Below, piece after piece: positions 1 through 9,580 of a stretch of DNA of 52,880 bases (the first letter of the stretch is position 1; every line of letters begins with the position of its first letter). The position numbers and the translations under genes were made by a program. The notes beneath the pieces were generated by a model that worked only from the letters and a program-made list of their open reading frames with translations, had not been told where the DNA came from and did not search any database. Location of the stretch: positions 1 through 52,880 of the IMG/VR virus record IMGVR_UViG_3300020042_001345; one strand, 5' to 3'. This DNA comes from a virus (Duplodnaviria > Caudoviricetes).

Positions 1-121
1 TATGTAGCTGTTGAGTATGCCCGTAAGGAACACGCCCGCTGCGTGGAAATTGTCAAAGATATGAACCGCAATGTTGGCGAAGCCTTAGACAACCAACGAC
101 CAAAATAAAAAAGCCCCCCGT
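1..121. repeat. Terminal direct repeat, left copy (circular assembly overlap)
   Basis: 1-121 is identical to 52760-52880. It cuts through a CDS and a terminator. Confidence 0.95.
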
Positions 122-130
122 AAGGGGGGC
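102..130 (-). terminator. Rho-independent terminator ending the late operon, at the convergence with the plus-strand operon
   Basis: GCCCCCC-GTAA-GGGGGGC stem (113-130) followed on the minus strand by TTTTTTATTTT. Confidence 0.85.
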
Positions 131-162
131 GAAGAAGGAGAGCGGCAACTACTCCTAATAAA

Positions 163-1992
163 TCATTGTTCCTCGTTTGGCTGTGCATCTCTCAACAAAA
201 ACTTTCCTCCTTCATACAATATGCCCGCGCCCGCACCAAGCGCACCAAGGCCTTTCACACGCTTCAAAGTCTTACCCGCTGGGGGTACAATCATAGCGCC
301 CGCAGCGCCAGCTTCTAGCGCTTTTATAACGCCCTCGCTAGTGTCGCCAGCCTTGAAACGCGCCAATGCTTCCTGATAGCTCATTACCCCAAGAGCGCCT
401 GCGGCTCCGCCAACAACGGTTCTAGGCAACGCACCTATTTTTGCCGACCTATAGCCAGCAACATCAAGAGGTCGAGTCAAAGCACTTGGCTGTTCATTTG
501 CCCGCGCCAACTTGCGACGAGCAATTTCAGCATCGGCTTCAGCTTTAGTTGCCGCACGCTGCAAAGGACGCGCCTGTGTTAACTGCCCAGTAATAGCGTT
601 ATGCCGTTGACCAGCCTGCGAACGCTGTTGACGTAAATTTTCTAATTCAACCTCATGGGAAAGGCGTTCCATTTCCAACTGACGCGCCTGCATATCTTGC
701 ATCATACGAGCCTCTTCGGCTCGACGATTTAATTCTGCTTGATTTTCATTAGCACGTCGCTCTTCATCAGCCTGACGTTCTGCAACAGTCTCTGGAGGAA
801 GCGCTAACTGTACGCCGCCCTCAGTACGAGCAAGACCGTAATCTTGTAGGCCAAGACGTTTTTGACGTTCACGCGCTGCCATGTCGGCGTCAATGATGGC
901 TTGACCGCCTCGCTCATTGTCTGCCCGCATATTAAGTGCACGGTTAGCGACGGCTTCTGGTACGTCATCAGCCATTGAACGAATCCAATTTACCGCACCA
1001 GCGTCGCCTGCTTTTGTGCGCGAAGGAACAGGTGGAGCAGGTGGTGGCGTAGCCGTATCCGCTAAAGGAGCAGCCCGTGGTAAGCCGCGTAGACGAGCCT
1101 CAGCAAGACGCTGCTCATTTCTAAGGTAATCAAGGTTGCCCTTACTTTGTTGGAAATCGCTTTCAAGATTTTGTACGCCCTGTGGCACAAACTGTTGCAC
1201 ATTACGGCGAGCCAATTCCAACTTGTCTTGAGCCGTTAGGTTTGCCTCTTGAGCTTTACCTGTATCAATCTTTACAGGCATTTCAGGGTTTGTCAGTGGT
1301 GGCAAAAATAAGTTTGCAGCCGCGCCAGCAACACCGCCAACGTAAGGGTCTGTACCGTAATCAACATCAGGCTCTGTCGTTGTTGTGTTTTCATCGACAG
1401 AAGCCGCACGCACCTTATTTGCTAAAGGAACACCACTTGAAAATGGGTCATTAGGGTTTTCTTTTGGCGACCCTTCTGAATTTTGAGCATTAATTAAACC
1501 AGTCTCTTTGTCGTCATCTAAATTAAAGTTTTTGGAAATACGCAAAGAGTAGTTGCGAGTTTCTTCTGGCAACGAAAGAATTGCCTTATCTGGGTCTGTC
1601 TCGTATGACTTAATAAAAGTTGATACAGCCTTCGGACTTGCGTTGTACAGAGCAACAGCAGTGCGAGGGCTTTTGTATTGCGTCAGCAAATCTTTAAGAA
1701 TAAAAACGCCACCCTTGATATTGCTGTCCTCATTGGTAGGGTCAATATCAAGATTAAACTTCTTGTTATATATATTTGCAGTATCAGGCATGACTTGCAT
1801 TAAGCCCACTGCACCAGCAGGGGACTTCAATACCTTGTCCCCACTGTAATGAGAAAACTTACCGCCCGTCTCAGCTTCAGCAATAGCAATTACTAATTCA
1901 GGGTTGACGCCTTGACGCTCTGCCTCCGTAGCAAGTTTAATTATTACTTCTTGCTGAGATTTTGAAAGAGCATTAAATTTTTTCTCGTCCAT
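163..1992 (-). CDS. Internal virion/ejection protein with N-terminal lytic transglycosylase (SLT) domain
   Basis: SLT motifs AIAEAETGG (catalytic Glu), GAVGLMQVMPDTA and ALYNA, then a coiled-coil and a Gly/Ala-rich C-terminus. Last gene of the virion operon. Confidence 0.85.
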   Translation of the reverse strand: MDEKKFNALSKSQQEVIIKLATEAERQGVNPELVIAIAEAETGGKFSHYSGDKVLKSPAGAVGLMQVMPDTANIYNKKFNLDIDPTNEDSNIKGGVFILKDLLTQYKSPRTAVALYNASPKAVSTFIKSYETDPDKAILSLPEETRNYSLRISKNFNLDDDKETGLINAQNSEGSPKENPNDPFSSGVPLANKVRAASVDENTTTTEPDVDYGTDPYVGGVAGAAANLFLPPLTNPEMPVKIDTGKAQEANLTAQDKLELARRNVQQFVPQGVQNLESDFQQSKGNLDYLRNEQRLAEARLRGLPRAAPLADTATPPPAPPVPSRTKAGDAGAVNWIRSMADDVPEAVANRALNMRADNERGGQAIIDADMAARERQKRLGLQDYGLARTEGGVQLALPPETVAERQADEERRANENQAELNRRAEEARMMQDMQARQLEMERLSHEVELENLRQQRSQAGQRHNAITGQLTQARPLQRAATKAEADAEIARRKLARANEQPSALTRPLDVAGYRSAKIGALPRTVVGGAAGALGVMSYQEALARFKAGDTSEGVIKALEAGAAGAMIVPPAGKTLKRVKGLGALGAGAGILYEGGKFLLRDAQPNEEQ

Positions 1993-1993
1993 G

Positions 1994-3787
1994 CTATTGA
2001 CTCCTGCTTTCTCTTTGCAAGCGCTTCAAGCGTTCAGAATAAGTTTCACCTCTTGGAGTCGTGGTAGATGAAGACGCTGGTGGTGAAGAATTATTTTTAG
2101 GCGATGTTCTAAATGTATCCGCATTCTTTTCACGCATCTCATTAAGAGTGCGCACATAGTTACCTTGAAGTTCTTTAAACTCTGGGTTGTTTTGCTGAAA
2201 ATATGTAAATGACCTGTTAGGATTATCTTCTTGAAATTTAGACCACAACTGTGCCGAACGAGAGTCGTAACGAGCGCGTTGAATCATTGCCTCTGACTTG
2301 AGTGCCAACACTTTAGCTGAGTCGGTAGGAAGCAAACCAATAGCAGCGTACAACTGACCTTCTGTTTTGTCTGTTGCGCCCTCACCGGGGGTTCTTGCCA
2401 TCTTGCGCATTTCTGCCGTAATTGCCGATTGCTTTTGTTGGAATATTTGCAACGCAGCAATATCATCTTTGGTCAATTTATATTCTTTGTTTCCTTGTAA
2501 CGCAACACGAACAGGCAAGTTTATTCTTACACTCATTGGGCCAACACCTACATCTGCGCCCTGTTCAACAGCACGCAAGACAGCATCTCTGACTGTTGCG
2601 TTTTGCATTAAGTTAAATGCTTTAGTATTTGAATCAGTCAGACTCAAAACGTCAGTAGCCAACGCTTCCATGTTCTGAGCGTTTTCGCCGCGAGAAAGAA
2701 CCGCGTTTCCACGGTCTTCAGATGCTTTAGCGCGAATTTTCTGCGTCTCAACCATTTGTTCTTTTTCTGCATCCAACTCTGATTGACTTTTAGAACTAGG
2801 AATTGGTTCTGATTGCGCACCATCTTTAACAATCTTACGACCACGAACTTGCTCAGGGTCAAGCCATCCTTTACTGTCATAAAATTTGAGTAATTCTTGC
2901 TCGTCACCAGAAGCCATATATTTATCAAGGGCAGATTGGTATAGCCTCCTGTCTGCATAAGTCATGTCTCGTTCAGTGCGAGTGCCGCGAGGAACAACTT
3001 TGCTTGTGGTCTGCTGCAATTTCTCTTGGTCAACACCTAACCGCTCTCGGTCAATGCGATTCTTTTCTTCGCCTTCTTGAGACTTACGAATTTCTTGAAG
3101 CGCTGGCAACATCTTTGGAGCAACTCGATTAGCTAACAACAAAATCTCATCGGTAATTTTTATGCCACCTTGACGTGCCGCAGCTAACACTTGTTGTGGA
3201 TTAGGGGCGGTTGCAGCGTCAACAGGCGAAGTAGCGCCGGGTACTCTTAATTGACCGCTTGGTGTTGTTACAGCGCCAGCCGCAGGGGGTGGGGCGCTAG
3301 ACTTAGGGCCACCTAGCAACTGACTTACGAATTGGTCGCCACCAAGTTGCTGACGGAATTCCATCTCTTTACCAGCAAGTTCAAGTTCTAGCTTTTGATT
3401 TTCACGCTCCCGTAGTAATTGTTTTTCAGCCGCCTCACTAGCACCTTCAGCCGCATAACCCAACGATTCACCAAAAGAACCAGTCTTTGTAGGGCGAAAA
3501 AAACCTGCCGAAGTTGCCATTAAAACAGGGTCGAACAATTGGTTTTTGCGAGTGTCTAACCCTGCGCGTAAACGCAGAAGAGTGTTATTCATTGCCTCGC
3601 GTTGGTCGCCAAGCTCGTCAACAACCGTTTCTTTTAACCCAGTCGGTTTTGATTTGCTTATCTCTTCTAGGTTCTCAGCTTGAATTGCGCCCGCATCAAA
3701 CTTACTTCCAGCTTGCACAGGAGATTTTGCTTGAGGCGGTTTAGCTTGAGAAGAAGACGCTTGCGCTAACGGGCTAGGGATTGCCAT
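1994..3787 (-). CDS. Putative ejection (DNA transfer) protein
   Basis: 597 aa, helical and Q/E/A-rich, with PTKTGSFGESLG segment. Located in the ejection block. Confidence 0.6.
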   Translation of the reverse strand: MAIPSPLAQASSSQAKPPQAKSPVQAGSKFDAGAIQAENLEEISKSKPTGLKETVVDELGDQREAMNNTLLRLRAGLDTRKNQLFDPVLMATSAGFFRPTKTGSFGESLGYAAEGASEAAEKQLLRERENQKLELELAGKEMEFRQQLGGDQFVSQLLGGPKSSAPPPAAGAVTTPSGQLRVPGATSPVDAATAPNPQQVLAAARQGGIKITDEILLLANRVAPKMLPALQEIRKSQEGEEKNRIDRERLGVDQEKLQQTTSKVVPRGTRTERDMTYADRRLYQSALDKYMASGDEQELLKFYDSKGWLDPEQVRGRKIVKDGAQSEPIPSSKSQSELDAEKEQMVETQKIRAKASEDRGNAVLSRGENAQNMEALATDVLSLTDSNTKAFNLMQNATVRDAVLRAVEQGADVGVGPMSVRINLPVRVALQGNKEYKLTKDDIAALQIFQQKQSAITAEMRKMARTPGEGATDKTEGQLYAAIGLLPTDSAKVLALKSEAMIQRARYDSRSAQLWSKFQEDNPNRSFTYFQQNNPEFKELQGNYVRTLNEMREKNADTFRTSPKNNSSPPASSSTTTPRGETYSERLKRLQRESRSQ

Positions 3788-3790
3788 TCT

Positions 3791-4816
3791 TTACCTCACT
3801 AAGTAGCCATCGGCATCGTAAAAATTTCCGTTACCGTCGTGATATTCTGAACCAGATGGAGCCATACCGCCATCAGCCAATCGAACACCACCTCCATGCG
3901 CTTTATTAATTACGCCGCCATTGGCAATAGGCTTGCCGCCTCTATCGTAATAAGCTCTTCTAGCATTTGCTTCTGCAATTGATGCAGCTTGCGCCTCAGT
4001 ATCTGGATAAAGCGAAGCAACCAATGTACCCAAACCGCTAATTTGAGACAGCGGACTGAGTCCATACTGTTCTGAGCCAGTTGTTTGCGTAACCGTACCC
4101 TGCGGGATGATATAACCCTGCATAAGTTTTGCGTACTGTTGTGCTTGCGCCATTGGGTAGTCAAGCAGCTTCTGACCTTGTGACTGCTGTTGAGCGCCAT
4201 AGTCAGACATAGTCTTCAAACCCGCCGTACCTAGCTGTTGTTGCTCTTGGCCTAAATTAGTAAACCCTTGACCCGCAGATAAGGCGCGAGACAAATCAGT
4301 CTGCGCTTGCGTGCCAGCGGTTGTATATCCTTGCTGTAGCGCCTGCATTTGCTTGCCTATCAAGTCGGCTTGGATGTCGCGCAAAGCGTTGCCAGTAACT
4401 TGCTGTTGACGACGCGAACCAAATTGACCAGAACCAACAGCCGCCGCACCAAGGTTTGGCAGAATATTCTCTTGAATATTCCGATTACTCAAGCGACCCA
4501 TCTCGTTCACCACACTTGAGGTGTACGGATTCATGTAGTCAGCAATGACATCAGGAACGGTTGTAGCACCCGCCTCGCCTAGTAATTGAGAAGCTGCACC
4601 CAACGACCCAGCGCCAGCAAACGCAACGTCTGGAGCCATCTGGAAGGCTTGCTGTTGCAGTGGACTGAATCCAGCAATACCACCCTGTTGAACAGCGTTC
4701 TGCCCTAAGTTGGCAATGTCTTGCAAATAATTGGTATAAAACTCTGGAGCCGTCTGTTGGGCTTCCGTCGTCTTGGTTAGTGCGGGTAGCGGGTCACCCT
4801 GAAATAAGCCAGCCAT
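3791..4816 (-). CDS. Putative ejection/pilot protein (P22 gp7-like position)
   Basis: Gln/Gly/Ala-rich with YMNPY and GQFGSRRQ segments typical of podovirus pilot proteins. C-terminal xAxGG motifs. Confidence 0.65.
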   Translation of the reverse strand: MAGLFQGDPLPALTKTTEAQQTAPEFYTNYLQDIANLGQNAVQQGGIAGFSPLQQQAFQMAPDVAFAGAGSLGAASQLLGEAGATTVPDVIADYMNPYTSSVVNEMGRLSNRNIQENILPNLGAAAVGSGQFGSRRQQQVTGNALRDIQADLIGKQMQALQQGYTTAGTQAQTDLSRALSAGQGFTNLGQEQQQLGTAGLKTMSDYGAQQQSQGQKLLDYPMAQAQQYAKLMQGYIIPQGTVTQTTGSEQYGLSPLSQISGLGTLVASLYPDTEAQAASIAEANARRAYYDRGGKPIANGGVINKAHGGGVRLADGGMAPSGSEYHDGNGNFYDADGYLVR

Positions 4817-4820
4817 TTTT

Positions 4821-7394
4821 TTATCCTTTCAGGTATGAAGTCAACGCCTTGGTTTTTGGCGGTATCTTGTTCAAAGGAGCGGAGCGCTTATGAGCGCGAA
4901 TACCCTCGCGGAACTTATCCAAAGCCTGTGCGCCTGCTTTAGTTGAGCCGTTGCCAATCTGCGCAACCGTCTCAGCGTCAATTACATATTCACCGTCAGC
5001 AAGCATTGCAGGTATGTCGTCAGACTGACCGTCGCCTTCTCCATGTACCGCAGAGCCGTTACGGAAGTCCATACGGCCTTCAACCATAGGGACATTAGAA
5101 ACATGAGGCAATCCACCCTTACGCATTGGTGGAGGCATACCCTGCTGTTGCGGCATCATGCCCTGCTGAGGCATCCCTTGTGGATTCTGTTGCATCATTT
5201 GTGGTGGCATCTGCTGCGGCAATCCTTGCTGTTGTGCTTGCTGAGGAGGCTTTTGCTGTCCAACTTGAGTCATCATTTCAGGCGAATTCATCGGAGGCTG
5301 TGGGCGCATACCCAAGTTTGCCAAGATGTCTGCGGGCTGACCAAACGTGTAGTAAGACGATACAGGCGTAGCCATTGACGATAAGCCACCAGACGCCATT
5401 TTTGGAGTAGTTGTGTCCGTTGGTTTAGTGTCGTCAACTGGCTCATAACCATAGTCGCCTTCATTGACAGGGTTGTAGCCCGGTGCATTTAAGTTACGCA
5501 ACAACTCTTCATTTGGTGTGTATTCACCAAGGTCAGTGCCGTAGTCTTCATAACCAACATATCGGGTTGGGCCAATACCAAAATCGGTTGTGCGTGGGTT
5601 GATAAGACCAACCTTTGACATATCCAGACCTTGGTTTTGCGCACCAGTACCACCACTAAAATCTTGACCAAGTAATGTAGCAATCAATGCGCCAGCGCCA
5701 GCAGCCCCAGCGGTTGTGCCTAACGCGCCAGTAATGCCACTTAATGCATCACTGCCTAATTTATAAACAGTGTCATAACCTTTTGATAGCGTACTTCCAA
5801 GTTTCTCATACCCAGAACGCTCACCACTACCTGCGGATTGAATTGGGTCGTAAATTAATTCGTCGCCCTGATAATATTGTCCTGAAGGGCTAATAAGAGT
5901 TCCGTCAGAAAAAAAGCGCCAACCATAGTCATCGTCACCAACTTCTGCTGGGTTTTCTACTTCAGTAACAAAATCGTTTGAATTACTAGCTGAGTTAGAA
6001 GCCATAGCTACTGGCGTATCTCTCTTGACCATGTCGGATGTATCAAATGTCTGCCCAACATATTTATCTTGAACTTCGCGGGAAATTTCGTAGCCCATGT
6101 CATCAACGGTTACATAATCTCCATTGGAGTCGTAACCACTAAAGGTTCCATCTTCGTTATCAACATAGCCGCCTCCTACATAGTTAGCTACACCGCCTTT
6201 TTTCATCATAGTAATTAATCCCCCGCGCTTCCAATCGTAGTCACCATAGTCATAATTACCATAGTCTGTATAGTCTGTATCGTTGCCATAATCAATGTAA
6301 TCAATCTCATCTGGCAGTGGCTGGTCTTCTGTTAATGACGCCCAATATTCGTCATAGTCAAAATCGGTTGACCAATTACCATCTGCATCAGCAGTCCAAG
6401 TTGCGCCAGTATCTTTGTCAGTCCAAGTGTTATCTACAAAAGCAGGTTCTTCATCAAAAATCGTTCCATCAGAATTAGCATACAAAATATAGTCGCCGTT
6501 AGAATCTACTGTATAAATGTTTCCATAATCATCTTGAAAATATTGCGGTTCATTTGTAGCTTGACCAGATTCGTCGGTCGAATCTTCATTAGGGGCAGGA
6601 CTCTCGTCAACCTCAGCAGCACGATAAAGCTCATACGTTCCATCTGGCATAACTTTAAATACGTTGCCCAAAGAGTCTGTTGTGTATTCCACATTAAAGT
6701 CATCATCACCCAAACCAGTTGCAGGAACCTTGTCAGGATTTACAGGAAAATCATCATCACCCAAACCAGTTGTTTTATCTTTATCTACTGGCTCATCATC
6801 TTTTAGAGGAAAAGTTTGCCCTTTATCTACTGGAGTCTTAGGTGTTGTTGGGTTTACTGGTGGTTTAGGTGGAGTAACAGGTTTTGTTGAATTATTAAAA
6901 GGAGGAGTTTTTGTATCAGTAACAGGAAGTTTTTGTTTGGGAACGACAGGAGTCTTTCCACCAGAAACAATAGGCTTAGTAACTGACGTTACAGGCTTTG
7001 TTGGGTTTGCTTTATTTATTTTGTCAATAATGGCTTTTGTTCCAGCACCAAGCGCAGCGCCTGTGAGCGCATTTAAAACTTTGCCTGAAGCTGTAGTTTT
7101 ACTAGCTGTGTTTGTAAGTTTAGGCTTAGTTATTCCAGAAGTAGGCGTAGTTATTGATGTCTTAGTGCTAGGCGTCTTAGTAGTAATTGCAGGTGTTTTT
7201 GGTGTAGTTGTTGTAGTTGTAGTAGTTGGCTTCGTTGTAGAAGTTGGCTTTGTTGTAGAAGTTGTTGTATTTTTACCATTACTAATATTTGGGTTTTTAC
7301 TTAAACTTTGAATAATGCTGCTCAAAGGAGCGCGGTCAAGCGCCCCCGCATCAGGAATTTGTTTGTTTGACGTGCGCTTTTTTAGAATAGCCAT
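4821..7394 (-). CDS. Putative internal virion protein, low complexity, with C-terminal SDDIPAML-GEYV domain
   Basis: T/K/P-rich N-terminus, acidic D/Y-rich middle, Q/P/M-rich linker, then VHGEGDGQSDDIPAMLADGEYVIDAETVAQIG. Confidence 0.6.
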   Translation of the reverse strand: MAILKKRTSNKQIPDAGALDRAPLSSIIQSLSKNPNISNGKNTTTSTTKPTSTTKPTTTTTTTTPKTPAITTKTPSTKTSITTPTSGITKPKLTNTASKTTASGKVLNALTGAALGAGTKAIIDKINKANPTKPVTSVTKPIVSGGKTPVVPKQKLPVTDTKTPPFNNSTKPVTPPKPPVNPTTPKTPVDKGQTFPLKDDEPVDKDKTTGLGDDDFPVNPDKVPATGLGDDDFNVEYTTDSLGNVFKVMPDGTYELYRAAEVDESPAPNEDSTDESGQATNEPQYFQDDYGNIYTVDSNGDYILYANSDGTIFDEEPAFVDNTWTDKDTGATWTADADGNWSTDFDYDEYWASLTEDQPLPDEIDYIDYGNDTDYTDYGNYDYGDYDWKRGGLITMMKKGGVANYVGGGYVDNEDGTFSGYDSNGDYVTVDDMGYEISREVQDKYVGQTFDTSDMVKRDTPVAMASNSASNSNDFVTEVENPAEVGDDDYGWRFFSDGTLISPSGQYYQGDELIYDPIQSAGSGERSGYEKLGSTLSKGYDTVYKLGSDALSGITGALGTTAGAAGAGALIATLLGQDFSGGTGAQNQGLDMSKVGLINPRTTDFGIGPTRYVGYEDYGTDLGEYTPNEELLRNLNAPGYNPVNEGDYGYEPVDDTKPTDTTTPKMASGGLSSMATPVSSYYTFGQPADILANLGMRPQPPMNSPEMMTQVGQQKPPQQAQQQGLPQQMPPQMMQQNPQGMPQQGMMPQQQGMPPPMRKGGLPHVSNVPMVEGRMDFRNGSAVHGEGDGQSDDIPAMLADGEYVIDAETVAQIGNGSTKAGAQALDKFREGIRAHKRSAPLNKIPPKTKALTSYLKG

Positions 7395-7397
7395 TTC

Positions 7398-9134
7398 TTA
7401 TCCTGACTTTTTAAGCATTGAAGTTAAACTCGCAATATCGCTTACTGGCGTTAAGTTTGCGGAACTTGATAATTTTTGAGCTGGCGCAGGCTGAGGCGCT
7501 TTTTGAATTGGCGTCAACTTAGCCACATCCATTTTTATTGGCGGAGGCGTTGGTCTTTTAGGCGCTGCTTTTGCCATCTGTAAACCACTCTTAGGAGGGG
7601 CAACAGGTCTACGAGGAACAGGTTTTTTACCTACTTTAAGCGTAGACTTAATTAAGTTTGCAACATTCGCTACAACAGGTTTTGTAATGTCGTTAGTTTT
7701 TAAACCTAAAGAATCAGCCATCTTTTGAGCAGCGTCTTTTACAGACATTGCATTTAACCCACCCTCTGGTTGCTCGGTAGGTAAATCCGATGTCAATAAA
7801 TTGGCAGCAATTGGCGCTTCAGTAATAGGTAAATCAGACTTAACTTCTGCTCTTGCAACGTCAAGGTCTTGCGCAGCATCGGAAGCAATAGCTAAAGCGC
7901 CTTTAGGTTGTCCTGCTTTCTCTTTTTCGGCATCACTAGTAGACGCATAAATATCTAAAACATCACTTGGCAAAACTTCTTCATCAGTTGCCGCAGCAAC
8001 CTCAATAGGTTCATTAGCATCAGCTAAAACAGTTGTGTCAATATTTACATCTTCGTTTGTATCTTGATTTGTATCTTTGCCAAGCAAGTCATAAAAATTT
8101 TCTACAGTATCTGCCTCTGGAGCATTAGCTAATACATTGTCAGACAATACAGAAATATCTGAAACAGCAGTCTCACCGCTAGTATCTTGACTAGTAGCGT
8201 CTGTATTGTCAGCCAAAACATCAGTCAAACTAGGTGTAGTTTCTTCTGATTTGGCATCAGCCATGCCATCAAATCCAAGATTTGAAACAGCAACCTGATT
8301 AACAAGTTCGTCAGGAATGCCTGCGCCTTCTGCTGTGCTTTCAACCGCATCTGCAATTAAACTGTCCTCACCATCTTCTTTACCCCATTGAGTTATGGCA
8401 GATTTAAACTGTTCATCAATACTTGCGTTTAAAGAACGTGCGCCATAATCAACTCCAGAACCAACAGCGCTGTTAGTAAATGATGTGATGAAGTCGCCTC
8501 TGCCTGTAACTTCAGAAGTTAAGCCAGTGGAGAAAGCCCTTGTTCCTGCGTTATATACAGCAGTGGCATCTCGTAAATCCAAACCATTATTCTGCGCCAT
8601 TGCAATTACATCAGGCTTAACGTAACTAGCAACCTCGCCAACTCCACCAGAAATCATGCCACCAGTAAAACCGCCAGCAAATCCGTCGTTAAAATCACCG
8701 CCCCTAACTTCAGAAATTGTCCCGTTAACAAAACCTTTGCTGATTGAATCGCTTGCAACTCGCGAAAATGTTTCGTTCATACCAGCATTAATAAATGATG
8801 AATTCACAGTAGAAGACAGAGCATTTCCAACTTGGGGTGCGTAATATGCTGTGCCTGCTGACAAAGCAATATCTTCAAGGTCACCACCGCGTGCCGCAGT
8901 AATTGCAGCCATTGTTACCGCTGGAGGAATGCCAACAAAACTACCAGCCATAGACAGAAGCGTTGGAAGTGGGTCATCAATTACAGCTTGAACAGTATCG
9001 GCAACAGTTTCAACGACGTTTTCAACAAAACGACCAACCTGTTCAACAGCTTCGCCAACAGATTCAACAACGTCTTCAACGACGTTTACAACTGCATCGA
9101 CAACGCCTTTGACGGCTTTGACTACTGCTGCCAT
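7398..9134 (-). CDS. Putative ejection protein with amphipathic Val-rich N-terminus
   Basis: MAAVVKAVKGVVDAVVNVVEDVVESVGEAV heptad-like repeat, Gly/Ala-rich hydrophobic segment, acidic middle. Confidence 0.55.
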   Translation of the reverse strand: MAAVVKAVKGVVDAVVNVVEDVVESVGEAVEQVGRFVENVVETVADTVQAVIDDPLPTLLSMAGSFVGIPPAVTMAAITAARGGDLEDIALSAGTAYYAPQVGNALSSTVNSSFINAGMNETFSRVASDSISKGFVNGTISEVRGGDFNDGFAGGFTGGMISGGVGEVASYVKPDVIAMAQNNGLDLRDATAVYNAGTRAFSTGLTSEVTGRGDFITSFTNSAVGSGVDYGARSLNASIDEQFKSAITQWGKEDGEDSLIADAVESTAEGAGIPDELVNQVAVSNLGFDGMADAKSEETTPSLTDVLADNTDATSQDTSGETAVSDISVLSDNVLANAPEADTVENFYDLLGKDTNQDTNEDVNIDTTVLADANEPIEVAAATDEEVLPSDVLDIYASTSDAEKEKAGQPKGALAIASDAAQDLDVARAEVKSDLPITEAPIAANLLTSDLPTEQPEGGLNAMSVKDAAQKMADSLGLKTNDITKPVVANVANLIKSTLKVGKKPVPRRPVAPPKSGLQMAKAAPKRPTPPPIKMDVAKLTPIQKAPQPAPAQKLSSSANLTPVSDIASLTSMLKKSG

Positions 9135-9136
9135 GA

Positions 9137-9580
9137 TTATTTCCTCTCAGCCCGCTTTGGCCCTAACTTGACCGTGACACGGAAACCATTTCCTATTCTT
9201 ACGGCTTTGTATCCCATGCCCTCTTGCGGAGGATTACGACCAATAGCCTTAAAAATATTCATAATCGTTGGGTCTTCAAACTCACTTATAAGCGTATCAA
9301 AACCCATCTTGTACGCGGCTTGAATAAAAGCATATGAACTCTCTAGGTAGTTGCGGGCAGTATCTGCATTCAATGCACGAAAGACGCCCATTCGCCCTTC
9401 GGCGTTGTGAACAATAAAAAGAGTGTTGCCTTCGCGGAGAATAGAAGTACCCGGCATATTCATCTCTTTAACCAGAGCAGCGTAAACTGTTGACGCAGGA
9501 TGTTGAGATTTAGTCTCTTGAGCCGCAATCATTACAATTGCTTCTTGCCCAAGTTTTTTCTCTTTGCTATCAACTAACAT
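9137..9580 (-). CDS. Hypothetical protein; candidate GNAT-like acyltransferase by position
   Basis: 147 aa, alpha/beta pattern, TGATG-coupled to the ketosynthase stop. Sits where podoviruses often carry a small GNAT-like gene before the ejection genes. No clear acyl-CoA motif seen. Confidence 0.35.
   Translation of the reverse strand: MLVDSKEKKLGQEAIVMIAAQETKSQHPASTVYAALVKEMNMPGTSILREGNTLFIVHNAEGRMGVFRALNADTARNYLESSYAFIQAAYKMGFDTLISEFEDPTIMNIFKAIGRNPPQEGMGYKAVRIGNGFRVTVKLGPKRAERK

Noticed and set aside
1-121. Biological terminal repeat (T7-like DTR)
   Set aside because: It is exact, 121 nt long and cuts through a CDS and a hairpin. This fits an assembler k-mer overlap better.
4821-7394. Tape measure protein (siphovirus tail)
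   Set aside because: Only the short C-terminal motif is TMP-like. The rest is not helical-repeat, and no tail tube, terminator or tail chaperone genes were recognised.
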